DNA of 64,000 nucleotides from a virus. Its lineage: Duplodnaviria > Caudoviricetes. The notes beneath the pieces are model-generated. The model was not told where the DNA came from. It saw nothing but the letters and a program-made list of their open reading frames with translations, and ran no database searches. The stretch lies in IMG/VR virus record IMGVR_UViG_3300050034_000334; one strand, given 5' to 3'. Within the stretch, counting starts at the first letter, position 1; every line of letters starts with the position of its first letter. This document shows positions 9,508 through 18,939 of this stretch, one piece after another. Made by a program: the position numbers and the translations under genes.

Positions 9508-10421
9508 GGATGCAAATACTCAGGAGCATGAGTACGGACCTCTGCGATCCGCTTGTCTTCGATCTCAACTTCTTCAGTCGCGATGCGAGCCTTGATTGCC
9601 AGCACCTTGTTGATAATCCAGCTTCCAACAGTGGCTTCCTCTCGATAGTCAGCCATTCCCAAGATGTCCAGGAACCCATCCTTCCGGATGATCTCCATCT
9701 GCTTGAAACCCTTGGCGTTGGCATACACTCCGACCGCGAACCCGCCATACTTGCGGACCTGTTCGAAGGCATAGACGTCGCTGACTCCATCACCAACATA
9801 GATCATGTTCTTGTATGGAATGAGGTACTGCTCCGGAGGCAAAGGGACACAGGCGTCGTAGAAGAATTCAGCACAGCCCTTGGCGATCTCTTCGAGCACT
9901 CTGACCTTGTCAGAGGGGAGCAAGGTCTTGGCTACAGAAACGATGTGACCCTGTGGAACTCGCTGAGGCTTGCCGTCGAGACCTGTCTCCCAAACGTAGT
10001 CAAGGAACTCCGCTCCTTGGATGTTCTTGTCCTGCACGATAGGCTTGATGGACGGGTGCTCAAGGAGCATGGCCCGGATGCCAGAGGTCACAATGTGGAC
10101 TTCGGCGCCAAGTTCATCGAGTTTCTTGATGATCGTGTCAAGGCCAGGGAAGGTGGGTATCTTGCAGCCAATCTCTGTCAAACGAGGATTGTCGAGATCC
10201 TTCATCGTCCCATTACAGGCACATTCCACAAGATAGTTGAGATACTCATGCTCGACGAAGACGCGGGTGTTCAGGTACTTGGTGTCTTCGTGAGCGCGGC
10301 GGTGTACTTCTTCCCAGAAGGTTCGTTCGGGGATGCCATAATGAGTAAAGATGGGACCCTCCATGTACATTGGAGAACATGTATGGTCCCAATCTAAGAC
10401 GACGGCAATTCTCTGTTTCAT
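9495..10421 (-). CDS. HAD-superfamily hydrolase/phosphatase
   Basis: VLDWDHT motif I, IVTSG motif II, K, YVGDGVSD motif IV. Confidence 0.85.
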   Translation of the reverse strand: MKQRIAVVLDWDHTCSPMYMEGPIFTHYGIPERTFWEEVHRRAHEDTKYLNTRVFVEHEYLNYLVECACNGTMKDLDNPRLTEIGCKIPTFPGLDTIIKKLDELGAEVHIVTSGIRAMLLEHPSIKPIVQDKNIQGAEFLDYVWETGLDGKPQRVPQGHIVSVAKTLLPSDKVRVLEEIAKGCAEFFYDACVPLPPEQYLIPYKNMIYVGDGVSDVYAFEQVRKYGGFAVGVYANAKGFKQMEIIRKDGFLDILGMADYREEATVGSWIINKVLAIKARIATEEVEIEDKRIAEVRTHAPEYLHPWSK

Positions 10422-10441
10422 TCGTCTCTATTACTGGGTGA

Positions 10442-11467
10442 TTAGTAATCCTTGTCTAACTCCTCAGAAGAAACCTTCTTCAAGTGAACCGTTGCTTTGA
10501 TAGCCTTCTGAGTCTCCTCCCAGTACTTGTCCACTGAATGAGGGTCAAGTCCGTTGGCCTCGGCATACTTCTCCCAGAACTCCTCAGTTCTCGTCGCCTT
10601 GAAAGCATCGATAGCTTCCTGCTGTCCGGAAGTGTACTTTGGCTCCGGAGCTAGGATATCGTTCCAGCGATCGATGGTAAGAAGGAAATCAGGTGAATTC
10701 TTGCCACATCGTCCAGCAAGGCAGTAACCTGTGATGACTGGCCAATCCTGATGAGGATCGTATGGCCCTTCAAGATGCCACATCACGTCAAAGCGAGGAA
10801 TCATACTCTCCCCGGAAGTATTTGAATCAGGAACAGCATACCTGGTATCTCCAAGATTCCAACCAGACCAAGACTGAGGAGGATTGTTTTCCAGTGAAGA
10901 ATTGGGACAATTATCAATGAAGTCGCTGCCGATAACGACAGGTTTGTCGGATTTCAACTGAGTGACGACGTACTTCAATACATAGATGTTTAGTGAGCCT
11001 TCAACATACCGCTGATACAACCAGCCAGTCTTACGCTCGTACCAGTGATCCCAGTAGTCGTTCTGCATAGTGTGAGACAAAAACTTATCGCCTTGTCCAC
11101 AGAAAGAAAGAGCCTGATGAGGCCATTCAATCTTCTCCTCAGTCTTTCCGTAGATCTTCACATTCACTAAAACAGTCCCAATGGAGGTATCTCCGTTTGA
11201 AGACTGAGATCCATCTATTATATAGATGAGAGGTACATTTCCTAGAGGAGTTCCGGCACTATGCCGAGAATCAACGATATGATCCATCATGTAACTTACG
11301 TGTTGGGCATGTTCCTTTTCTGGATTGGCCAACCACACCATACCCCAGATAGTGAAAATAACCACGCCCATTGCCAGCAAACTGAAGACCTTCAGCACAT
11401 AGAAAGCTAGTTTGAATGGTGCCAGTAAGAACGCTGCTGCTTCTCCAAGCCAACTAAACTGTCCCAT
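10442..11467 (-). CDS. hypothetical membrane-anchored protein
   Basis: GGAGG RBS then ATG 11467; long N-terminal hydrophobic segment, aromatic-rich soluble domain. Confidence 0.75.
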   Translation of the reverse strand: MGQFSWLGEAAAFLLAPFKLAFYVLKVFSLLAMGVVIFTIWGMVWLANPEKEHAQHVSYMMDHIVDSRHSAGTPLGNVPLIYIIDGSQSSNGDTSIGTVLVNVKIYGKTEEKIEWPHQALSFCGQGDKFLSHTMQNDYWDHWYERKTGWLYQRYVEGSLNIYVLKYVVTQLKSDKPVVIGSDFIDNCPNSSLENNPPQSWSGWNLGDTRYAVPDSNTSGESMIPRFDVMWHLEGPYDPHQDWPVITGYCLAGRCGKNSPDFLLTIDRWNDILAPEPKYTSGQQEAIDAFKATRTEEFWEKYAEANGLDPHSVDKYWEETQKAIKATVHLKKVSSEELDKDY

Positions 11468-11512
11468 GATGTATCCCTCCAAGAGTATCTACCACTCTGG
11501 AAGGCGGATCGG

Positions 11513-12238
11513 TTACACAAGAGCCAGTTTCGGCCTCTCCTTTTGAAATGCACGATGTGAGTCTGACAGAATTTCAATAAACTTCTGAATGTCGACCATG
11601 TGCCAGTACACGCGAGCACCACAGGGAGTCGTCTTGAATTCGAAACCTTCGTTTTCGAACAAGCCAAAGGCACATCCGACTGCAAGGAAAGTGTCCACCA
11701 TCTGACCCATCATCTTTCTGACAATATCCTCGGTCTCTGCCCTGTTGACTTTCCTGCCTTGCTTGTCAGCCGTCACTGTGAACTTGATCTTGGCGAGTAC
11801 CTGATCCAAAGCACCTCGATTGGTGTCCTCCTTCTCAAGATGATTCAACATGACCATGAGGATCTTCCGGAGAAGAGGCTTCAGTCTTTTCTGCTGGTTG
11901 TATACTTGCTCGAGCACTATATCCTGCACAAGCACGGCCACTCCGAATGTTCCACCCCATTTGCCATCCTCACTTACCTGGGAAACGGCCTGATTGAACT
12001 CGGTCAGAGTAGGCATCAATGACCACTTTTCTAGAAGTTCCTTCTCCTGTCTGATGTATTCGAAAAGGCGATTCTCGTTTGGTTTGTTGAGATCAAGGTT
12101 GCTGCTGTCAATGGAGGCAAATTCCTTCTTGGCCTTAGCAGCGATCATCTTCTGAGTGTGCAGAACTCGAGAAAGGTCATCCAAACTCCGGATGACCACC
12201 AGAACTTTCGGCGGCGGAACCAATTCCTTCTTCTTCAT
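11513..12238 (-). CDS. hypothetical protein
   Basis: 241 aa helical ORF in operon orientation. Confidence 0.8.
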   Translation of the reverse strand: MKKKELVPPPKVLVVIRSLDDLSRVLHTQKMIAAKAKKEFASIDSSNLDLNKPNENRLFEYIRQEKELLEKWSLMPTLTEFNQAVSQVSEDGKWGGTFGVAVLVQDIVLEQVYNQQKRLKPLLRKILMVMLNHLEKEDTNRGALDQVLAKIKFTVTADKQGRKVNRAETEDIVRKMMGQMVDTFLAVGCAFGLFENEGFEFKTTPCGARVYWHMVDIQKFIEILSDSHRAFQKERPKLALV

Positions 12239-12542
12239 GGTCTCTTTTCCTAGGTGGAACCCTCAGCATACGACAAACCAAATTCACCATCGGTCGGATC
12301 TGTTCACATACATCGGCAGGAAGATTTCCCACCTTGACGCAGAAGTAGAATCCGTTGTAAACGTCGACTGTCCAAGTCACTTCGCGAGTCGAACCTGTGA
12401 TTCTGTAGTTTGGTGCACCGGCATCCGAAAACCTCCACTCTCCCCTGAGAGGTTCGTCAAGAGGGATGGCCACTTGGAGAATTCGCCAAATGGTTGTCAG
12501 TTCGGAGCCGGTTGGCCAAATGATGTTCTTGACTCTTCTCAT
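12177..12542 (-). CDS. hypothetical protein
   Basis: ATGA overlap with the helicase stop. Confidence 0.6.
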   Translation of the reverse strand: MRRVKNIIWPTGSELTTIWRILQVAIPLDEPLRGEWRFSDAGAPNYRITGSTREVTWTVDVYNGFYFCVKVGNLPADVCEQIRPMVNLVCRMLRVPPRKRDHEEEGIGSAAESSGGHPEFG

Positions 12543-14062
12543 AACAGATAAGGGTCGATCACTTCATTGAGAGTCTTGTCCAGCATGTCAGTGGACATTA
12601 CAACTCCACCATTCACAAGACCGGAATCTGAAGAAACCCCAATCATGAATGGAGGGACGTTGCTCCGCCGCCGATTCTTGCAGGTGCCCAGCTTGATCTT
12701 CTGTTGGGCTTCTAAGTCTGAATCCGAAAACGTAAACATACAACCATCAAGCGACTTGTCGAATTCGGAATACTCGTAGACTCCCTCCATCTCCCATTTT
12801 CCTTCGTGCTTTTGAGCATCAGTGTATCCATCTCTATTGCCCTGAACTGGAGTCAGCAGACAGATCTTGCGCTTGTTTCCGAAGTTGAGGCACCACGATT
12901 TGGCATTCTTGATGAGACCGTTCATGACCTGGCGGTCTTGGCCCTTGGAGTACGAAGTATCGAGGAGAGTGAAGTAGTCGATGAGCAGTAGATCCACCGG
13001 TGCAATCTGTTGCTGAAGCTCCACCTGAGCCTGAACTCCTTCCAGGGTACACTCGGAAGGTTGGCGAACGATGATATCCCCAGGAAGATTGTCAAGATCA
13101 GGTGCGACCACATTGAAGAGAAAGTCTTCCTGATCCGGAGTGAGATTGCCATCCTCAAGGTCATTGATGGAGATCTTGATATTGAAGTCCTTGAACTTCT
13201 CGTGATGACTGTGAATCACCGCATAGATGTTGTTTTCTTCCTCACAAGATTGCTCCAAAGGGATGTGCATCACCTGGAATCCCTGGTTCGCGACGTTGTA
13301 GGCAATGGTGCGGCACAGGGAAGATTTACGCTGACCAGCGTATCCTAGAACTCCCCAGAAGTTGCCACGCTTGAATCCTCCAATGATCTGGTCAATCGCC
13401 GCAATACCCGTCTTCATGGTTAGAGAACCTTTCAAGTTCTCCCTCTTGGCCAGGTTGTAGTTGTCACGAAGTTCGCTGGAAATTGCCTTGATGCTTCCGC
13501 CCACACTCTTCTGCTGAGAGGTCAGAATACCATTCTGAATCTGACCCAGCAGGTATACGAGGGCATCCTTGTTTCCAGCCAGCTTCTTCTTGGTCTTGGG
13601 ATCCTCAACTGCACCATTGGCAATCTTCTTGGTGGCCTCTATAACCGCATTGAGTTTCCAGTTCTCAAACTCGTCAGTCTTGTCACGCAGGACTTGATAG
13701 AGATCCTGAGCATCGAATCTCCTCAGTTCAGAGGCGGACTTCAGATCCTGGTAATTGGACAGAGCTTCTTGCAAACCCTCGCTCTTGTCCTGCTTGAGGA
13801 CGATGTCCTCAATCATCTTGTAGGAGGGAGCTTCCCGGTGGGCTGTCCAGAAATTCCAGATCAGTTGCATCAGGGGAAGTTCGTAATCGGGCATACAAAT
13901 GGCCCGAATCTGAACCATGTTGTCGGATACCCAGCGAAGGTTCGCTTTCACGCGCTCGGATTCCTCTGGGGAGGAGTCCTTACGCAGTAGAGAGTGGAAT
14001 AAATTCCAAAAATTGACCGTATCTGCCATAGAAGGCGAGCACCTTTGGCTCGCCTTCTCCAA
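12539..14062 (-). CDS. dnaB: DnaB-like replicative helicase
   Basis: KTGIAAIDQIIGG, GYAGQRKS (variant Walker A), LEQS, LIDYF Walker B, Q.NR, KNRR motifs. Confidence 0.85.
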   Translation of the reverse strand: MEKASQRCSPSMADTVNFWNLFHSLLRKDSSPEESERVKANLRWVSDNMVQIRAICMPDYELPLMQLIWNFWTAHREAPSYKMIEDIVLKQDKSEGLQEALSNYQDLKSASELRRFDAQDLYQVLRDKTDEFENWKLNAVIEATKKIANGAVEDPKTKKKLAGNKDALVYLLGQIQNGILTSQQKSVGGSIKAISSELRDNYNLAKRENLKGSLTMKTGIAAIDQIIGGFKRGNFWGVLGYAGQRKSSLCRTIAYNVANQGFQVMHIPLEQSCEEENNIYAVIHSHHEKFKDFNIKISINDLEDGNLTPDQEDFLFNVVAPDLDNLPGDIIVRQPSECTLEGVQAQVELQQQIAPVDLLLIDYFTLLDTSYSKGQDRQVMNGLIKNAKSWCLNFGNKRKICLLTPVQGNRDGYTDAQKHEGKWEMEGVYEYSEFDKSLDGCMFTFSDSDLEAQQKIKLGTCKNRRRSNVPPFMIGVSSDSGLVNGGVVMSTDMLDKTLNEVIDPYLL

Positions 14063-14082
14063 TACTTGGCAGGTGAGTTTTG

Positions 14083-14523
14083 CTAGTAGTAACGGTCACC
14101 TTCATGGCGAAGGCTGTCGGACTTGGTGCCGAACATTCCCATCTTGTCCAGTGCTTTGTAGATATTGCTCCTGCTTTTTTCGTAGGCAGCAAGGATGTCA
14201 CCACCCACTGCCTTGCGGACGGTGGGAACGACCCTTCCAAGACGGTCCCAGGCTACATCAGGCCCATTGGTGGTCAGAACTTCGTACACAATCTTCTTCT
14301 CCAGCTGGAGCCGGGGATTCCTCTGTCTCTGCAGGTCACTGTAGGAGCCGTAATCTCCTGGATCCGATGACTTGGCTAGACCGATGCTCCTGGGATACCT
14401 CTGTGCGATTTCCTCGAGAGACTCGACAGCGGCCTTCCTCTTCAACAGAGGATGCTTCGCGCTAGATTCCTTTTCGCCAGAATAGAAATCTTCGTCCTCG
14501 ATACTTCGTAGGAGGCAGACCAT
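14083..14523 (-). CDS. hypothetical protein (KxA-motif), possibly frameshifted continuation of upstream ORF
   Basis: Open frame containing HPLLKRKAA; ATG 14523 overlaps upstream gene by 62 nt. Confidence 0.6.
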   Translation of the reverse strand: MVCLLRSIEDEDFYSGEKESSAKHPLLKRKAAVESLEEIAQRYPRSIGLAKSSDPGDYGSYSDLQRQRNPRLQLEKKIVYEVLTTNGPDVAWDRLGRVVPTVRKAVGGDILAAYEKSRSNIYKALDKMGMFGTKSDSLRHEGDRYY

Positions 14524-15412
14524 CTTCTTCTCTTTTGCGCTCTTGATCGAAGAACTCCTGCAGGGGAACTTTTCTGATCTCAGGCTTGCCCTTCTCAGAA
14601 AACTCAGGTGGAACTGCACCCTTGGGACTTTCCCCAATAGCCTCCGTCTCCTTGCGATCGAACTCGCGATCCATGTCCTCGCGCCAGCCGGCAATCAAAA
14701 CGAACTTCTTGGAGGAGGATTTCCTCATCTTGTTCATTGAGCGGAGATACTCAATCAGCTGCTTCTCTTCCTCTTTTGTTGTGTTTTCTGGGATCATCAT
14801 CGAAGACCGGCCTTCGTGAAGAACTCGATACTTCGAAGGCTGACCCGTTTCTTCTCTCCTCCGTTCGTGTTCAAAGAACTCCTGCATAGGAACCTTACGG
14901 ATCTCTGGTTCTGGAGGAAGGTCTTTCTCCTTTTGGTCGTATTCACGTTCCATTTCGTCACGCCAGCCAGCTACCAGGACGAACTTCTTCTTGGCATAGA
15001 CGCTCTGTCGGGGAGTAGGAGTTCCTCCTCCCATGATGGCCATTATCGGAAGTGAACTCCAAATGCTGATTGATGGGCAGACAAAGGTGAAGTTGCTTGC
15101 ACCTCTAGTGGCTTTCCACGTCTTTCCATCGGAATCACGAAAATCGATCTGATCATCCATGGCCAATCCACGGAGAGCATTGACCGTCGACGGATTCATC
15201 TTGGGGATGACACTGTCATCACGCTTGGGCCTGGAAGGTCCAAAAATCCCAGCGGTCTTCTTCAACTCATCGAAGCCACGATTGCATCCATGGCAGTAAT
15301 ACTTATGTGGAGCCTCAGCTTCCGGATTCTCGATGTAGACCGGCTTGTGGCCGCATAGAGGACAAGGTTCCTCAATCAGTGAACCCTCAGGAAAGATTGG
15401 CTTCAACGGCAT
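14462..15412 (-). CDS. hypothetical protein with N-terminal CxxC...CxxC Zn ribbon and internal duplication
   Basis: CPLCG/CHGC; KKFVL.AGWR...EIRKVP.QEFF..ER.REE.G.P.KYR occurs twice; GGAG RBS before ATG 15412. Confidence 0.8.
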   Translation of the reverse strand: MPLKPIFPEGSLIEEPCPLCGHKPVYIENPEAEAPHKYYCHGCNRGFDELKKTAGIFGPSRPKRDDSVIPKMNPSTVNALRGLAMDDQIDFRDSDGKTWKATRGASNFTFVCPSISIWSSLPIMAIMGGGTPTPRQSVYAKKKFVLVAGWRDEMEREYDQKEKDLPPEPEIRKVPMQEFFEHERRREETGQPSKYRVLHEGRSSMMIPENTTKEEEKQLIEYLRSMNKMRKSSSKKFVLIAGWREDMDREFDRKETEAIGESPKGAVPPEFSEKGKPEIRKVPLQEFFDQERKREEDGLPPTKYRGRRFLFWRKGI

Positions 15413-15423
15413 AGTGACTCCGA

Positions 15424-16059
15424 TCACATGAACATGACTCCACGAGGATGCCACACAACCTTACCGATGGTCACTCCTGGCATGTAGTCTTCTTTGATGG
15501 CTGCATTTGCAATGGCTCTGGCGTGCTTCTCGTTCTTGGCTACAACGTCGATCTCTTCACTCATGTCCTCATCATCTTCTCCCGTATCTGGATCCTTGAA
15601 GGTAGTGAAGATGGTGTAGGTGTCCATGTCATTGGGATACGGGTACTTCTTGTCGAAGTATCCGCGATAATCACCTTTGACTGCTTCTTCACTTCTTCCC
15701 AACTCGATCTGTGGAAGATTATCAGGACGGAAAGGATCTTTCTTGACCCGAAGGACGTTCTTCACCTTGGAGATGAGGTCGCGAGGACGAGTCCCATCGT
15801 CACCCATGCGAGACTTCTCATTGGTATAATCCCAGGTGCCAAGATCCAGGTTGAGGACTACCACATGTTGATCTTTGCGAAACTCTGAGATGTTGCCCTG
15901 CCACTTCTTTCCTCCACCAAAGGTTGCTCGGAAAGCTGGATCTTTGGGATCCTGCCTCTTCTCGGTGAAGCCTTGAGACAACAGCCACTTCTTGGCTTCC
16001 TCGGGAGGGATAGGAGGAAACTGAGGTGCGGCGGATTTCTGTAAGAGTTTGCTTTTCAA
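15424..16059 (-). CDS. hypothetical protein (KxA-motif)
   Basis: Starts MKSKLLQKSA; operon-oriented. Confidence 0.8.
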   Translation of the reverse strand: MKSKLLQKSAAPQFPPIPPEEAKKWLLSQGFTEKRQDPKDPAFRATFGGGKKWQGNISEFRKDQHVVVLNLDLGTWDYTNEKSRMGDDGTRPRDLISKVKNVLRVKKDPFRPDNLPQIELGRSEEAVKGDYRGYFDKKYPYPNDMDTYTIFTTFKDPDTGEDDEDMSEEIDVVAKNEKHARAIANAAIKEDYMPGVTIGKVVWHPRGVMFM

Positions 16060-16097
16060 AGGTTTTCCCTCTACATTCTGAGTTCGTAATTCACTTC

Positions 16098-17837
16098 TTA
16101 TCTAGGAATCAATGCGTTGACCCACCAGCGAGGCAACATGCGACCCGACCGGCGGAGGAGGTTCTCGAAATCAGCATCGAGCAGCCATCCGTGAGCCTTA
16201 TCTTCCCGGGAACGAACCACACGACCGAACTCCTGAACGATCGCCAGCAGGGTCATGTAGTCATACCAGTCCTTGTCGCGCTTCATGCGCGCTTCGACAT
16301 AGGGATCGATGTAGAGGAAGGGAACCTTGATGACGATACAGAAGCGACCCAGATCTTCATTCAGATCCAGACCCTCAGTCATGGACGGAGAGATCAGCAC
16401 CGTGTCATCTTCACGCTCAGCATGCTCAAGGACAGCGGCCTCGCGGCTGCCAGTATCGCTCGTATGAGTCACGACCCGGTATCCGTGGCGAGTGGAGCGC
16501 AGATGGATGATCACCTGTTTGGCAAATTCGTAACTGTTGGTGTGGATGATTCCCTTCTTGCCGGAGTACTTGTCTAGTAGCTTCTCCACGAAGAGTACCA
16601 TCTTGGGCATGGTGAGTTCCCGCATCCGCATGCCAGTTTCCTTGTCAACTCGAGCCGCCATGCTACCAATCTTCTGGAAATACACCGGACGATTCTCGAC
16701 AGGAAAGTCACTGTCGATTCGAACACAGATTGCGTCAGCTGGGTTGATGCCCAGGTTGCGCATGAAGAAGTTGAAATCGAGGATGGTCGCGCTCATGATG
16801 ACCACCATCTCTGCCTTGTCGAACAGAATCTCATCGGCGAACATCGTGGCAGTCAGAGGCTTGATGAGCAATTCTTCCTTGGTTCCACTCCTCTTGTTCT
16901 CTTCGGTTGTGAAACAAAGCCAGTTCAGCATGTCGTCGGAAGCCATGAACCGATTCAGCCGGCAAATGAACTTGTCCCAGCTATCGAGCTTCTTGATCAG
17001 CTTCATCAGGTCTTCACGATTCTTGCCACCTTCGAGATAGGAGATGTCTGAATCGATGCGAGCCATCTCAATCTGATTGGTGAGATCAGTCATGTGCTGT
17101 TGAGCAGTGGGAATGAAAGTTTCCGACAACCACTTCTTGCACTTGAGATTCTCACCAGGCTTGAAGGTCGGGATGCGACCCAGGCCCAACTCTTCAGTCT
17201 TGTAACGAGAGATGACCGTGTCAGCGAAACCTAGAACCTGAGACTCGGTGTTATGACCTTCGTCAAGGATCAGCATCTTGCGATTCTTGAGCTGACCAGC
17301 ATACTGGGTTTCGTTCAGATAGAAAGCGAAATTCGTTACACCAATGGGGTTGTCGATGAAACGCTTCTTGGCGATCTTGTAGGGGCAGTCCATGCAGCAG
17401 GATCGATTGTCACCCTCTTTGCTGGCGTTGTTGATGATCGCCGCAGAGTCACAATCAGTATCGTGTGTTGTGCACCAGTAATTCGCTTTGCCTTTGAGTT
17501 CCAGCAGACCATTGATCTCGAAATCCTTCATGTACTGAGCGGTCAAGGTCTTTTGTGGAGAAAGGATGTAGGCACCTGGCTGAGTCAGCGGGTGATCGAC
17601 TTGGAGAGTCTTAGCCCAGGACGCGGCGGCCATTGCAATGCCAGATTTACCAGAGCCGGTCGGAGCCTCGATGATGACGAACTTCTTGTGTTCAGCATAG
17701 GCACGAGTGATTTCATCGAGTGCCACATCCTGAGCAGGTCGAATCCCTGGAAACGGAAAGTGATCCCTGATGACTGGCGAATTGAGCCAGGCAAGGTTCT
17801 TCACTGTAGGATTCAGTTGCACCAGGTCAGTTGCCAT
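16098..17837 (-). CDS. DinG/YoaA/XPD-family SF2 helicase with Fe-S cysteines
   Basis: EAPTGSGKS, cysteine cluster C..C..CC..CPY, ILDEGH, MSAT, EGLD, Q.FGR..R. Confidence 0.9.
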   Translation of the reverse strand: MATDLVQLNPTVKNLAWLNSPVIRDHFPFPGIRPAQDVALDEITRAYAEHKKFVIIEAPTGSGKSGIAMAAASWAKTLQVDHPLTQPGAYILSPQKTLTAQYMKDFEINGLLELKGKANYWCTTHDTDCDSAAIINNASKEGDNRSCCMDCPYKIAKKRFIDNPIGVTNFAFYLNETQYAGQLKNRKMLILDEGHNTESQVLGFADTVISRYKTEELGLGRIPTFKPGENLKCKKWLSETFIPTAQQHMTDLTNQIEMARIDSDISYLEGGKNREDLMKLIKKLDSWDKFICRLNRFMASDDMLNWLCFTTEENKRSGTKEELLIKPLTATMFADEILFDKAEMVVIMSATILDFNFFMRNLGINPADAICVRIDSDFPVENRPVYFQKIGSMAARVDKETGMRMRELTMPKMVLFVEKLLDKYSGKKGIIHTNSYEFAKQVIIHLRSTRHGYRVVTHTSDTGSREAAVLEHAEREDDTVLISPSMTEGLDLNEDLGRFCIVIKVPFLYIDPYVEARMKRDKDWYDYMTLLAIVQEFGRVVRSREDKAHGWLLDADFENLLRRSGRMLPRWWVNALIPR

Positions 17838-17882
17838 CTTCCCTCCACGTTCATTCTACTGTACGAGAACTCGGATCGGTTA

Positions 17883-18518
17883 TCAGATTACTCGAAAACA
17901 GTCACTCGTACAGGAGAAATCCGAGATCAGATGTTTTTCAATCATCTTGCTATCTGACTCTGCAAACGAGAGGGTTAGATCATCAGCAAGTTTGTTGAGT
18001 TGGAATCGAAAGGCCACCAGGTTCTCAGGACTGGATGCCATAATCTTGATACGCTGGATGTAGTTGTTAGAGACAGTCTCTGGGAGAGTTGTAAGACCGA
18101 TTAGTTCTTGCACCTCAGTCAATCTCGGGAGCGGAAAGTCCACATGATTTATCAGACAGGTGAGCTTGGCCCAAGAGCGAACCCTGTACGAGAGATCCTC
18201 CCATCTGGGAGCATCCCGCATAGCAAGATGGTACCTGATGTCTTCCTCCATCTGGTGAATATGGAGGTAGTCCAGGCAATTCTCTAGAGACTTGGCATCC
18301 AAGCTCAGAAATCTAGCTCTCCGGCGTCGCTTCTCTTCCCGGACCTTCTGTAGAGAACAGACCGTAGAGTCTGCAATCCCCAAGGCACAGTTCACCAGTT
18401 GATCGTACTGAACCAGAGCTAGACTTTTCTCGTCGAATTTCTTGCCTTGTTCGAGCAGTGAATCGCGAACCTCGTAGAAGTTCTGAACTCCAAGGCTTTC
18501 AACGGTCACATTGGACAT
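17883..18518 (-). CDS. hypothetical protein
   Basis: 211 aa ORF in operon orientation. Confidence 0.75.
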   Translation of the reverse strand: MSNVTVESLGVQNFYEVRDSLLEQGKKFDEKSLALVQYDQLVNCALGIADSTVCSLQKVREEKRRRRARFLSLDAKSLENCLDYLHIHQMEEDIRYHLAMRDAPRWEDLSYRVRSWAKLTCLINHVDFPLPRLTEVQELIGLTTLPETVSNNYIQRIKIMASSPENLVAFRFQLNKLADDLTLSFAESDSKMIEKHLISDFSCTSDCFRVI

Positions 18519-18540
18519 GGTATCTATTACTTTTCATCAC

Positions 18541-18903
18541 TCAGAAGAGATTGCGGGTTGGCAATCTATTTGGTCGATTTTTAAGCTCAGGGAACTCCGC
18601 CAAAGCCTCGCCATCCACTGCGATGTTGGCCGGATTCGGAGAGTCTTCAACCTTCTCGCGCTGCTTGTTAGTGTCGCGCTGATTGGTCTGATTCTCCTCT
18701 TGAACAATTCCCGTCGTGTCGTACCCATATGCCTTCTTGAGCAATTTTGAACGGAATCTGAAACCGGCTGTGACGACAGTGAAAGTCTCTCCAGGTTTCG
18801 ACTGTTTGGAAGCAGACACTTGGGCATTGCTGTCGCTTGTCGATATGAACTCCCAAGTTCCAGCAAATTCACCATCCAAGTAATATGTGGCGATGTATTT
18901 CAT
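18541..18903 (-). CDS. hypothetical protein (KxA-motif)
   Basis: GAGG RBS; contains SKLLKKA. Confidence 0.7.
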   Translation of the reverse strand: MKYIATYYLDGEFAGTWEFISTSDSNAQVSASKQSKPGETFTVVTAGFRFRSKLLKKAYGYDTTGIVQEENQTNQRDTNKQREKVEDSPNPANIAVDGEALAEFPELKNRPNRLPTRNLF

Positions 18904-18939
18904 GTCTGTCCTCTAAGAAGAGTACTGTAGTCTCTGTAT

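Noticed and set aside
5450-10397. Long antisense ORFs (5450-6118, 6586-7233, 9510-10397; similarly 24509-25270, 34932-35582)
   Set aside because: Shadows of well-supported genes, explained by codon bias; no motifs or RBS.
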